From a virus (taxonomy: Duplodnaviria; Caudoviricetes), in the IMG/VR virus record IMGVR_UViG_3300037608_000038, positions 1-40,131 of that record: a stretch of DNA of 40,131 bases. The stretch is one strand, 5' to 3'. The notes beneath the pieces are model-generated. The model was not told where the DNA came from and did not search any database. It saw nothing but the letters and a program-made list of their open reading frames with translations. A program made the position numbers and the translations under genes. This document shows positions 1-7,863 of this stretch, piece after piece (positions within the stretch are counted from its first letter, which is position 1; every line of letters begins with the position of its first letter).

Positions 1-127
1 TCCTCGCTCCTCCTCTCTATATAGCTTATGGCTGGTTATTAGTTGGCTTTAATTAGCTAAATCTTTGGAATGTTCATAATGCCCTCTTGTCAACCAGGCT
101 TTTACAAGCCCCCACCTCTACAGGTGG
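1..127. repeat. Terminal direct repeat (identical to 40005-40131); circular assembly overlap
   Basis: Exact 127-nt identity of both contig ends; 127 is a common assembler k-mer size. Confidence 0.95.
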
Positions 128-139
128 TGGGTAGTTGAC
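89..139. mobile_element. IS200/IS605-family end relic (GTCAAC...GTTGAC hairpin; on the minus strand it resembles the 5' stem of an IscB omegaRNA)
   Basis: gtcaaccaggcttttaCAAGcccccacctctacaggtggtgggtagtTGAC: subterminal hairpin, and the CAAG guide / TGAC cleavage tetranucleotides fit the IS608-type pairing rule; its 3' part closely matches 38081-38117. Confidence 0.75.
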
Positions 140-292
140 CCTCGCTTTCCTCTATCTTTTTTTCTTTCAACAAGGTTATAGCCTCAATTATGGCTTTGAG
201 TCCTTCGCTAATTTTTTTGTTATCGTATGTAGGAGTAAGGTATATTACTTTACCCATTAGATCGCTGCCTTTCTATACTGCTAACCTCATAA

Positions 293-331
293 GGCAAGAA
301 GCTCCCGCCTCTTAGGTGGTGGGTGGTGGAC
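293..331 (+). mobile_element. IS200/IS605 fused left/right end scar
   Basis: ggcaagaagctcccgcctcttaggtggtgggtggtggac begins like the left end at 37800 and finishes like the right ends at 139 and 38117. Confidence 0.55.
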
Positions 332-650
332 ACGTTGGTTGATTTTCTCTGAATAGCACAATATCTTCAGGCAACACATATTTATGATTAGTCAGGCCAT
401 CGGCCACGATATAAACCTTGCACCTTCCCGCTGTCACAAAGCGGTATCCTTCCTCACTGTCATAATCCGTATAACCTTCATTCAGCATCTTTGTTCCTAC
501 AACAGTAAACACAGCTGGCGGGTACGGGTTTTCTTTAGTTCGCACTTCCCGTTCATCCCTGCGGCGTTCCCGGCTATATGCTTTAATCGAGATAGCAAAT
601 TTGTTTACCTGTACCCTGTCCAAAAAAATAACTTTTCTTGTGTCGCTCAC
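312..650 (-). CDS. Hypothetical protein (112 aa); its 3' end runs into the IS scar
   Basis: ORF with AGGAGTGA RBS, co-oriented with early genes. Confidence 0.7.
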   Translation of the reverse strand: MSDTRKVIFLDRVQVNKFAISIKAYSRERRRDEREVRTKENPYPPAVFTVVGTKMLNEGYTDYDSEEGYRFVTAGRCKVYIVADGLTNHKYVLPEDIVLFRENQPTCPPPTT

Positions 651-775
651 CTTATCTCACTCCTTCCTATTTTTTAAAAGGTTGTTTGCGGCCAAATATT
701 CTATGCATTGGCCCCCACCTAACTTACGTGGTAAAATTTAGTTGTAAAGGGGCCGGAAGAAAAGGGGTTGTTCGC

Positions 776-916
776 GTGTCTGATAAAGAAATAGCCAAGG
801 AAATATTGGTGTCGCTAATCAATAAATACGGTTTGCCCGGCAAATTGGATGATTCGGCTCAAAAGGCAGCTGAAATGCTCGAGACTATCTACAATGTGGT
901 TTCTAAACTAAAATAA
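776..916 (+). CDS. Small hypothetical protein (46 aa, MSDKEIAKEIL...), oriented against the early operon
   Basis: GTG at 776 with AAAGGGG RBS; TGnTAAAAT -10 element at 729-737; flanked by complementary arms 744-760 and 918-935. Confidence 0.65.
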   Translation: MSDKEIAKEILVSLINKYGLPGKLDDSAQKAAEMLETIYNVVSKLK

Positions 917-938
917 GTCTTACCGGCCCCTTTACTTT

Positions 939-1094
939 TTAGTACCTTCTGGCTTGTTCCAGAAGCTTAGCTATGGTATCCGCGATGGTACATTGTAACG
1001 AAACTGCGTCATAACTGTTAACGTTCTTTGCTAAATCGACTTGGGTCTCTTGCAATTCCCTAATCTGTTCCTCAATTACGGATTTATAATCCAT
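939..1094 (-). CDS. Small hypothetical protein (51 aa, MDYKSVIEEQIRELQ...)
   Basis: Read manually; AAGGAGGTG RBS upstream; below the ORF-track cutoff. Confidence 0.65.
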   Translation of the reverse strand: MDYKSVIEEQIRELQETQVDLAKNVNSYDAVSLQCTIADTIAKLLEQARRY

Positions 1095-1108
1095 CTTTTT
1101 CACCTCCT

Positions 1109-1849
1109 TTAGGCCAATGCCATCTCCTTGTTTAGCATCTTATCTGCTACTCTTATTCCGTCTTGGAGTCTTCCTGATAATTTTAAATATTGCGGTATTG
1201 ACAGTCTTTTTAGTTTGCTATTCTTTATGTAATTTGTAATCAGGCTTTCCAGATTGGTATGATAGGCCATATTGAACGCCTGTTTGAAATCTCCCCATGC
1301 CTTGTCGAACAAAAATCCATTTTTGAAGGCGTATTTCCGTATCATGGCGTTTAGTTTCTGCTGATCGTCGCCTTCGATGTTTACCTTATCCAGGTTGTTT
1401 AAGCGGGTTTCTACAAGTTGAGTCTTGGCTTCGTTTTCTTTTATGCGCTCTTCCATTTGGAGTTGGTTATAACGTAGTGCCATAATAGGATCTCGTTGGA
1501 TTAGTTCCATCATGGGATCTTTTTTTACCCGGAAATAGGTGTCTACCAGTTCACGCTGTACCGTCCATGCTAGGTCATCGGTAAGGGATTTAACCAACAT
1601 CAGATAACCAGATTCGGTGATAAGAACTATCCCTTTGGGGCTTTGTGTAAAATTTACACATTGGTCAGGAGTAGGCTTGAAATAATCTGTCCCCTCAATA
1701 AACCGTGATTGATTGTTATAAAAATTTCTCCTTGCGTACCCATCCGGACGTTCGTGCAGTTCGTCAATCTCCCTGAATGTAACTACCCGTTGGCTGTTGT
1801 ATTCTTTGACCTGGATGTTTTTGCCGTGGATTGCGATAAGTTCATTCAT
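1109..1849 (-). CDS. ORF6N (KilA-N-like) domain antirepressor-type protein
   Basis: EYNSQRVVTFREIDELH...FIEGTDYF...LITESGYLMLVKSLTDDLAW.VQRELV..YF is the ORF6N signature. Confidence 0.85.
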   Translation of the reverse strand: MNELIAIHGKNIQVKEYNSQRVVTFREIDELHERPDGYARRNFYNNQSRFIEGTDYFKPTPDQCVNFTQSPKGIVLITESGYLMLVKSLTDDLAWTVQRELVDTYFRVKKDPMMELIQRDPIMALRYNQLQMEERIKENEAKTQLVETRLNNLDKVNIEGDDQQKLNAMIRKYAFKNGFLFDKAWGDFKQAFNMAYHTNLESLITNYIKNSKLKRLSIPQYLKLSGRLQDGIRVADKMLNKEMALA

Positions 1850-1867
1850 AGGCTTTCCTCCATCTGA

Positions 1868-2047
1868 TCATATATACCCCTCCTGTTTGTTTTTGCGTTC
1901 TCGAATAATCCGTTCAATTACGCAGGCCACTGCAGGATAATAACCATTGCCGAGCGGTATTATTACTCCCGCCATTGACGCTACGATAGTTCCATCTGCC
2001 CGGATATTTTTTACTTTGACCTTTGATATGTCAAATTGTTTTGACAT
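1868..2047 (-). CDS. Small hypothetical protein (59 aa, MSKQFDISKVKVKNIRADG...)
   Basis: Read manually; GAGGT RBS; follows the cro-like gene. Confidence 0.55.
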   Translation of the reverse strand: MSKQFDISKVKVKNIRADGTIVASMAGVIIPLGNGYYPAVACVIERIIRERKNKQEGYI

Positions 2048-2276
2048 TGGCTACCTCTCTTTTAACCCCCTTATCTATCAATTCAGGCTTAATAAATTCG
2101 CCTGCTTCAACCTTAAGGGCGGCACAAATACGCTCGACATCCTCAGGGAAAATTCTTTTTTTCCCTGTCAACATTGCGCTAAATTGCTTTTGTTCATAGC
2201 CAGCTTTTTCTGCAATAGCGTATTGTTTAAATCCGCTTTTTCTTACATACGCATGAATTCTTTCATGTACTTTCAT
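2031..2276 (-). CDS. Cro-like XRE HTH regulator (start re-called at MKVHERI)
   Basis: KQYAIAEKAGYEQKQFSAMLTGK HTH; divergent from the repressor; AAAGGA RBS before 2276. Confidence 0.85.
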   Translation of the reverse strand: MKVHERIHAYVRKSGFKQYAIAEKAGYEQKQFSAMLTGKKRIFPEDVERICAALKVEAGEFIKPELIDKGVKREVANVKTI

Positions 2277-2305
2277 ATAAAATTCATCCTTTCTCTTAAT
2301 ATTAA

Positions 2306-2384
2306 GTCCAGAATTTCTGTACCCTACCTCTATATTAGTCCAGCCGTCCTGTACTGTCAAGAATAATATTCAGCGTTTCTGTAC
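2306..2384. promoter_or_regulatory. Lysis/lysogeny switch: three 17-bp operators and the leftward promoter
   Basis: gtccagaatttctgtac (2306-2322), gtccagccgtcctgtac (2338-2354), attcagcgtttctgtac (2368-2384); minus-strand TTGACA(2360-2355)-17-TAATAT, whose spacer is exactly operator 2. Confidence 0.75.
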
Positions 2385-2446
2385 TTTTTTATTTACTTAT
2401 TTAATGAAATGATTTAAAATATGATAAACGGAGGTGTTTATTAATT

Positions 2447-2782
2447 ATGGTTGGAAATATACCTAGAATTATTAAAAATGCTCGGGTAAAAAAGAAAATG
2501 ACACAAAAACAAGTGGCAAAATTAATTGGAAAGTCGAAAAACGTTATTTCTAATTGGGAAAATGCATTAAATAAGCCGGATATAGACGATGTCGAATTAT
2601 TATGTTCGATTCTCGACATATTGCCAGAAGATATATTTGAAAAACAAAAAAATAAAAACAGTTCAACTGTTGAACTGTCTGAAGATGAAGCATATTTAAT
2701 TAAACTTTGGAGGCAAATCCCACATGATGAACAAATGAAATTAATTGGAAGAATGGAAAATGAAATAGAGGAACATATTTAA
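2447..2782 (+). CDS. CI-like XRE-family repressor
   Basis: ARVKKKMTQKQVAKLIGKSKNVISNWENALNKP HTH_3 motif; directly upstream of the integrase. Confidence 0.9.
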   Translation: MVGNIPRIIKNARVKKKMTQKQVAKLIGKSKNVISNWENALNKPDIDDVELLCSILDILPEDIFEKQKNKNSSTVELSEDEAYLIKLWRQIPHDEQMKLIGRMENEIEEHI

Positions 2783-4188
2783 TGAAAAGGGTAGTAATTT
2801 ATATACGAGTATCCACACAGGAGCAGGCGCAGGAGGGCTATTCCATTCAAGCACAAAAAGATAAATTAACGGCATATTGTATTGCTCGAGATTGGATAAT
2901 ACATGAAATATATGTTGATGGAGGGTTTTCTGGTTCCAATATTGATAGACCAGGAATTCAACAACTTATACAAGATGTAAAAAATAGTCTTATTGATATC
3001 GTATTAGTTTATAAATTGGACCGCTTAAGCCGTTCGCAAAAAGACACATTATATCTTATAGAAGATATATTTCTCAAAAATAATGCCGATCTTGTTTCGA
3101 TGCAGGAAAGTTTTGATACTTCATCCCCTTTTGGCCGGGCCATGGTAGGAATGTTATCAGTTTTTGCCCAACTAGAAAGAGAATCTATCCGGGAAAGGTC
3201 TATGATGGGCCAAAGAGAAAGGGCCAAAGAAGGGCTGCACCACGGGAGCAGGATGAGTCCTATTGGCTATGAATATGAAGGCGATAGTATGGTTGTTAAT
3301 GAATATGAGGCCGCTCAAGTTCGGATGATATATACCCTCTATTTAGAAGGAAAAAGTATGGGCTCTATTGCCAAATACATGCGCGAAGCAGGGTTCCGCC
3401 ACAAATATTCAAACTATGCCAATACCCGGACTATTGCCAATATTCTTTCCCGGGCCGTTTATGCCGGTAAAATAAAACATCGGAATGAATACTTCTCCGG
3501 CCAGCACGACGCTATTGTTTCGGAAGATACCTGGAACCATGTCCAGCAGATGCTTAAAAATATGCGGGATAACCAAGTTAAGCGTTCCCCCTCTAATGAT
3601 ACACTTTTAAAAGATATCTTATATTGTTCTCATTGTGGGTCTAAATTTGCCAGAAGAGTAAGTGGTAAAAATCTTTATTATGAATGTTATTCTCGTTATG
3701 GGCATCCCTCATATATGGTTAAGGACCCAAATTGTAAAAATCTAATCTGGAAAGTACCTAACTTAGATGCAGTAGTCGAAAAACAAATTCTATCTCTTGC
3801 TTCTGATCGGGCAGAGTTAGAGAAATACCTGCAAAAAAGAAAAGGGGGAAAACAAAACAATAATAAAGCATTAAAAGATAAATTAATCCGTATAGATAAA
3901 CAAATCGAAAAGTTAATGCTTTTATATCAGGATGATAAAATGCCAGTTTCGGAAATATCATCAAGAATACAATCCCTATATTCTGAAAAATTAAGCCTTG
4001 AGGAGATGTTATTAGTAAATAATAAAGACCATCCTGTTATAGATGCTCTTGATATATCTGATCTTTTAGAAAACATTTTTAGCACATGGTCAACTTCTAC
4101 TATAGAAGAAAAAAGAACAATGGTTCATCCTTTAATTAGCCGGGTTTGGGTAGATTGGGATACTGTAAATATTGAATGGATTTTTTAA
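2782..4188 (+). CDS. int: Large serine recombinase (phage integrase)
   Basis: YIRVST catalytic Ser, VYKLDRLSR, FAQLERESIRER, recombinase domain, CSHCG Zn ribbon, coiled coil. Confidence 0.95.
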   Translation: MKRVVIYIRVSTQEQAQEGYSIQAQKDKLTAYCIARDWIIHEIYVDGGFSGSNIDRPGIQQLIQDVKNSLIDIVLVYKLDRLSRSQKDTLYLIEDIFLKNNADLVSMQESFDTSSPFGRAMVGMLSVFAQLERESIRERSMMGQRERAKEGLHHGSRMSPIGYEYEGDSMVVNEYEAAQVRMIYTLYLEGKSMGSIAKYMREAGFRHKYSNYANTRTIANILSRAVYAGKIKHRNEYFSGQHDAIVSEDTWNHVQQMLKNMRDNQVKRSPSNDTLLKDILYCSHCGSKFARRVSGKNLYYECYSRYGHPSYMVKDPNCKNLIWKVPNLDAVVEKQILSLASDRAELEKYLQKRKGGKQNNNKALKDKLIRIDKQIEKLMLLYQDDKMPVSEISSRIQSLYSEKLSLEEMLLVNNKDHPVIDALDISDLLENIFSTWSTSTIEEKRTMVHPLISRVWVDWDTVNIEWIF

Positions 4189-4200
4189 TACCCAAACTTT

Positions 4201-4242
4201 AGCGACTTGTAAATACAGCATGGCCTGTATTCATATGTCGCT
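4201..4242. other. Probable attP site
   Basis: 18-bp imperfect inverted arms (15/18) agcgacttgtaaatacag / ctgtattcatatgtcgct around a central TG, immediately after the integrase stop. Confidence 0.65.
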
Positions 4243-4257
4243 TTTGCTTTGTTAAAT

Positions 4258-4282
4258 AAAAAAGGGGCATTAGTGCCCCTTT
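4258..4282. terminator. Bidirectional intrinsic terminator
   Basis: aaaaaaGGGGCAttagTGCCCtttg hairpin between convergent genes. Confidence 0.65.
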
Positions 4283-4283
4283 G

Positions 4284-4475
4284 CTATATTTTTGATTTAT
4301 AATTATTAAAATCCTCTACATTTTTGATTAAATTTGTCATATATTTTATATTGATTCCCGCCTTATGTAATTTACTGGCTAATTTATTATAAGAATAAGC
4401 ATAATGATTATATAGTTTTCTGAACTCCGGGTCATTATACACCTCCATCAAAAGGATCTCTTGAAGCTTGTCCAT
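4284..4475 (-). CDS. Hypothetical protein (63 aa), AT-rich
   Basis: ORF with AAGGGGA RBS. Confidence 0.55.
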   Translation of the reverse strand: MDKLQEILLMEVYNDPEFRKLYNHYAYSYNKLASKLHKAGINIKYMTNLIKNVEDFNNYKSKI

Positions 4476-4736
4476 AATACAATCCCCCTTTTTAGTGATG
4501 TAGGACTATTATATCACCCATGGGAATATTTACTAATGACTATAGTCTCAATTCGTCGGGAAATTTGTCCTAGTTATATTTTGCGGTATTTTGTTGATTT
4601 TTGGGAATAAAAAAAAGAGGTACCCCGAAAGGCACCTCAGACTGTTACGTAAGAATCAAATTTTCTTGACACACTAGATATAGGATATTCCCTCTGGCAT
4701 CACCTCCCCTTTTTTGATGGGCAGGATCCACCTCCT

Positions 4737-5111
4737 TTATTTAATATGCGTCCCTACCACACCTCTAGCTTCCCTGCCCATGGTCCGCTTCCGGAGCCAC
4801 ATAAGCGCTTCCTCAAGCTTAGTTATTGCCAACGCATTTTCCCGGCAGGCGAATTCAGATTTTTGGAAATGCTCAAGCCTGGTTATAACCATGGCTATAA
4901 GATCCTCGTTGCAGACACCGTTTACACCGCACTCCTTGATGGGGCCTTCCTGGAAGTGAATTTCTGCCAAAATAGCTTTTGGCCATCCTTCACCTTGCAG
5001 GGCTTCAATTACTCTAAAATTATGTGGTGCGTCATACTTCATCTGTTCTGGTTCTTCGTGATACACCTCAGTGTATTTAGTAGTAAGTAAATCATGTACT
5101 AGTTGTTTCAT
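4737..5111 (-). CDS. tad1: Tad1/Acb2-family anti-defence nucleotide-sponge protein
   Basis: H.F/Y...I.FQ.G..KE....GV...DL......RL..FQ...F..RENA.A.T..EEALMW...R...R..R.V.GT..K matches the Tad1 pattern as recalled (Clostridium Tad1); similar length (124 aa). Confidence 0.8.
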   Translation of the reverse strand: MKQLVHDLLTTKYTEVYHEEPEQMKYDAPHNFRVIEALQGEGWPKAILAEIHFQEGPIKECGVNGVCNEDLIAMVITRLEHFQKSEFACRENALAITKLEEALMWLRKRTMGREARGVVGTHIK

Positions 5112-5147
5112 TTTTTTGACTTCCTTTCGTCACGTTATTTTTGTTTG

Positions 5148-5324
5148 CTACATGGTAATTTTTTCCGAAGTCACAACTCGCAGGATTAAGTTGATAACTC
5201 CCAGGATTGCTACTTGGGTTTCGGGGTCTAGGTAGTCAATCCCAGTTTGCCCCTGTACTATAATGCCAACTACTGCGATGGTGTTCACCCATAAGGTTTT
5301 AGATAGATACCACTTTTTGCCCAT
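5148..5324 (-). CDS. Putative holin (58 aa, two TM segments)
   Basis: Read manually: MGKKWYLSKTLWVNTIAVVGIIVQ...ETQVAILGVINLILRVVT; directly after the endolysin. Confidence 0.7.
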   Translation of the reverse strand: MGKKWYLSKTLWVNTIAVVGIIVQGQTGIDYLDPETQVAILGVINLILRVVTSEKITM

Positions 5325-5325
5325 C

Positions 5326-5913
5326 TCATCTCACCCCCTCTACTATTTCGATGATTTTTGCTAATGCGCCACCGGTCACAGTGGCTACCTTTTTCACACC
5401 GTCCCAGGTCACCTCCTCGCCGTGGATAGCTGCGTATGGTCTAAGCGGTATATAGGTCGTACCGTTGTACAGGAAGGCCGGCATTTCTTTGCCTTGAACT
5501 ATGGCCTTAATTTCTTCCACGTCTATCCGCTCCTTTATGTAGGCTATTGGGTCTACCCATACCCCATTGACTCGGACCCCAAAATGCAGATGCGCGCCGG
5601 TACTTCTCCCAGTACTCCCCATCAGAGCCACTACGCTGGCTTCTGTGACAAGGTCACTAGGCTGGTAATATGTACGGGCACAATGGGCATAAAAAGAGAA
5701 CACGCGTCCGCTGTGTTCGATAAGGATGCTATTTCCCCATACGGGGGAGTATTTAGTTTCCCTGATTATACCGTAGAGCATTGGCCGGATATACCAACTG
5801 TCGTTTGTAGGGCTGATGTCGACTCCTTTATGCTCTTTTCGGAACCCGGTGATAGGATCATTCCGCCAGCCGAACGGAGATGTAATACGGAACCTTTCAA
5901 TGGGGAATTGCAT
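5326..5913 (-). CDS. Endolysin: M23 peptidase plus C-terminal copper-amine-oxidase-like (stalk) cell-surface domain
   Basis: ITSPFGWR..P, HKGVD, YAH, STGAHLHF; C-terminal PAFLYNGTTYIPLR...VTWDG; GGAGGT RBS before MQFPIER. Confidence 0.9.
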   Translation of the reverse strand: MQFPIERFRITSPFGWRNDPITGFRKEHKGVDISPTNDSWYIRPMLYGIIRETKYSPVWGNSILIEHSGRVFSFYAHCARTYYQPSDLVTEASVVALMGSTGRSTGAHLHFGVRVNGVWVDPIAYIKERIDVEEIKAIVQGKEMPAFLYNGTTYIPLRPYAAIHGEEVTWDGVKKVATVTGGALAKIIEIVEGVR

Positions 5914-5946
5914 AGAATTACCTCCCAAACGTCTTATGCTTTGTCC

Positions 5947-5986
5947 GGCAGAAGACCCCTTCCTCTAAGGGAGGGGGTGAATTGCC
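5947..5986 (+). mobile_element. IS200/IS605 left-end-like hairpin
   Basis: ggcagaagaccccttcctctaagggagggggtgaattgcc; similar to 37800-37869 and 27787-27815. Confidence 0.65.
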
Positions 5987-6010
5987 TTCACCTTCTTTTT
6001 GTAGTATAAT
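5982..6010 (+). promoter_or_regulatory. SigA promoter firing into the solitary CRISPR repeat
   Basis: TTGCCT-17 nt-TATAAT. Confidence 0.7.
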
Positions 6011-6021
6011 ACCTATAAGCA

Positions 6022-6052
6022 TTCGCCCCCGTGCGGGGGCGTGGATTGAAAT
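6022..6052 (+). CRISPR. Solitary type I-C CRISPR repeat unit (candidate Racr)
   Basis: TTCGCCCCCGTGCGGGGGCGTGGATTGAAAT: 7-bp stem plus the GTGGATTGAAAT 3' handle typical of I-C repeats; no second repeat nearby and no cas genes. Confidence 0.85.
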
Positions 6053-6071
6053 AAATGGATATTGCATAATA

Positions 6072-6299
6072 TCACGCCTTTACCAGTTCTTCTCTTAGTT
6101 CATCTATCCGGTGGTGCGCTTGTTTAGCTGAGGACTCCACCGCCACCATGCGCTCGATCAGTCTGTTATGCTTGTCTACCTTTTTCTCTAATTCTTGTAT
6201 CCGATAGTTAGTGAGTTTGTTTGATGTGAGTATCCCCCCGAGCGTACCAATTGCCGAACCTGTTAATGACAAAAGCCCTACAATTACCAATGAATCCAA
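6072..6299 (-). CDS. Putative holin-like protein (N-terminal TM plus coiled coil)
   Basis: TM then YRIQELEKKVDKHN...ESSAKQAHHRIDEL, a pattern common in Bacillota lysis cassettes. Confidence 0.7.
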   Translation of the reverse strand: MDSLVIVGLLSLTGSAIGTLGGILTSNKLTNYRIQELEKKVDKHNRLIERMVAVESSAKQAHHRIDELREELVKA

Positions 6300-6311
6300 C
6301 TCTACCGCCTC

Positions 6312-7010
6312 CTAGAATCCACTTTCTCCGGATATAACAACTACTTCCCTGATAGCCTCCAGCCAATCAATATCACGCAATCGCTGATCCCTAAAATCCT
6401 CGATTATTGCTCTCATAGGAGCTTTAGCCCGGTTATTGACGATAGTAAAATTTCTGTCGCCGTCGCCTTCGGTGTAAATCTTGTGCTTGATGCCAAACAA
6501 CCCCCGCACGAAGTCCATAAATATCTCATCGGTTTTCCGACCTTCCACGCAATCCTCGAAGTAGTTGGCAAAGTCCTCGTAGGACTGTTTCCAGGCATAG
6601 CCGCCGGAACTTTGATTACCAAAGTTCATAGACTGTCCCATTAGGGAGCAGGCTTTTTGCCAGAGCAATGAACCGTCAGCCCCGAACTTTGTCAAGTGTA
6701 TGTAATGGCCTATTTCATGGGGCAACGAAGATGTTTTGCCATCCATAACAACACGCTTATACTCCTCTTCCTGGCAGCCGGCGGCTATCCACTCTTCAAG
6801 GGTAATCATACGCGCAAAAATCAGAGTGATGTCCGGCCTGATGTGTTCCCTATTGGTGTTTGTGAGGTCCTCCCATCCCGGATATTTCATGTCAAGGTAA
6901 ATACCCAGTTCCGGGAACATTCGCCAGGAAAAGCCGTTGCGTACCAACAGAGGGTAGTAGTCTCTTTTGTACACGTCATAATCTGCGTCTTTTTCAAAAT
7001 GAACTTTCAA
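6312..7010 (-). CDS. HExxH zincin-like metallopeptidase with C-terminal stalk-like domain
   Basis: LPHEIGHYIH motif with downstream YEDFANYF; C-terminal FTIVNNRAKAPMRAIIE...IDW; AAAGGAG RBS before TTG at 7010. Confidence 0.65.
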   Translation of the reverse strand: MKVHFEKDADYDVYKRDYYPLLVRNGFSWRMFPELGIYLDMKYPGWEDLTNTNREHIRPDITLIFARMITLEEWIAAGCQEEEYKRVVMDGKTSSLPHEIGHYIHLTKFGADGSLLWQKACSLMGQSMNFGNQSSGGYAWKQSYEDFANYFEDCVEGRKTDEIFMDFVRGLFGIKHKIYTEGDGDRNFTIVNNRAKAPMRAIIEDFRDQRLRDIDWLEAIREVVVISGESGF

Positions 7011-7056
7011 TGTTCCAGCTCCTTTCAAATAAAAATACCGCTCTCTGCGGTAAATG

Positions 7057-7085
7057 TTTACACGTTTGTGAATACGTGTTATATT
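7057..7085 (+). promoter_or_regulatory. Moron promoter with operator-like inverted repeat
   Basis: TTTACA-17-TATATT with extended TG; acacgt-N8-acgtgt in the spacer region. Confidence 0.6.
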
Positions 7086-7103
7086 GTGCTTGAGGTGAGT
7101 AGG

Positions 7104-7565
7104 GTGAAAAAATTAACTATTCCTCTGGCGATATTAATTTCCCTTATTGCCGCTAATGTGATGCGTTTTGACACTGAAGCAACAAAAGCCGTTCCAGACA
7201 GCGCTATTTATTATAAATGGGTACGCGATAGGTGGACCGGTGACCTCTGGACGCTTCGATATAGTCCGAGCGGCCTTAGTGAAGAGGTTTCCTTGCCTAA
7301 CCCTAAAATTACGCCATTGGCTCCACAGAGCGGGTGGAGGGATTGGCAACCATCTACTAATACCGATACAAATAGAATACAGACTTCTTTTAAAAAGCCT
7401 TCATGGGAAACTAAAGCGGAAGACGAGGCCAACGCGGCGGCAATTAGGCGGAAACAGTGGTACACAGATCTTTGGTATGTGCTGACATTTGGTTCATCCG
7501 TATGGACTCTCCTGGCTGTCAGGGGTTGCCTTAAAGAGAGGAAGAAAAAGGAGGGATATCTGTGA
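7104..7565 (+). CDS. Two-TM membrane protein (153 aa) carrying a copy of the ejection-protein N-terminal motif; candidate superinfection-exclusion protein
   Basis: GTG at 7104 with GAGGTG RBS; hydrophobic N-terminus, C-terminal TM and basic tail; the loop contains TNTDTNRIQTSFKKPSWET. Confidence 0.75.
   Translation: MKKLTIPLAILISLIAANVMRFDTEATKAVPDSAIYYKWVRDRWTGDLWTLRYSPSGLSEEVSLPNPKITPLAPQSGWRDWQPSTNTDTNRIQTSFKKPSWETKAEDEANAAAIRRKQWYTDLWYVLTFGSSVWTLLAVRGCLKERKKKEGYL
7359..7414 (+). repeat. 56-bp inverted repeat, copy 1 (partner 11180-11235)
   Basis: 54/56 identity with the reverse complement of 11180-11235. Confidence 0.95.
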
Positions 7566-7843
7566 GCGCTGAACATATTCTGTATCTTATAATGGCCCCT
7601 TTCTTTCTTTGGTTTATTGTTGTGGATATGTTACTGATACATATGGGGACATATGACGCTAAAACGCTGATAAAAAACGCACTTATAATTATAGTATTCT
7701 TCGGAGCACTTTTTTCATTCTACTATCTTGGCGAGAAATCGCCGGGGACGGCTTTCATACTGAGCTTAGGCTTGCTTTTGTTCTTTGCCGGTATAATGGT
7801 TAGTGAGATGTCGCGTACCGGCGCGCGCGATCGAGATGATTAG
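7562..7843 (+). CDS. Three-TM membrane protein (93 aa), second gene of the moron
   Basis: GTGA overlap with the previous gene, GGAGGG RBS, three hydrophobic segments. Confidence 0.75.
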   Translation: MSAEHILYLIMAPFFLWFIVVDMLLIHMGTYDAKTLIKNALIIIVFFGALFSFYYLGEKSPGTAFILSLGLLLFFAGIMVSEMSRTGARDRDD

Positions 7844-7863
7844 GGAGGGGCTAACCCCTCCCT
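7842..7863. terminator. Bidirectional terminator
   Basis: agggaggggctaacccctccct hairpin between convergent stops. Confidence 0.7.

Noticed and set aside
6696-7103. 289-aa ORF-track call starting at 6696
   Set aside because: The upstream part is antisense shadow of the protease gene; promoter and RBS support GTG at 7104
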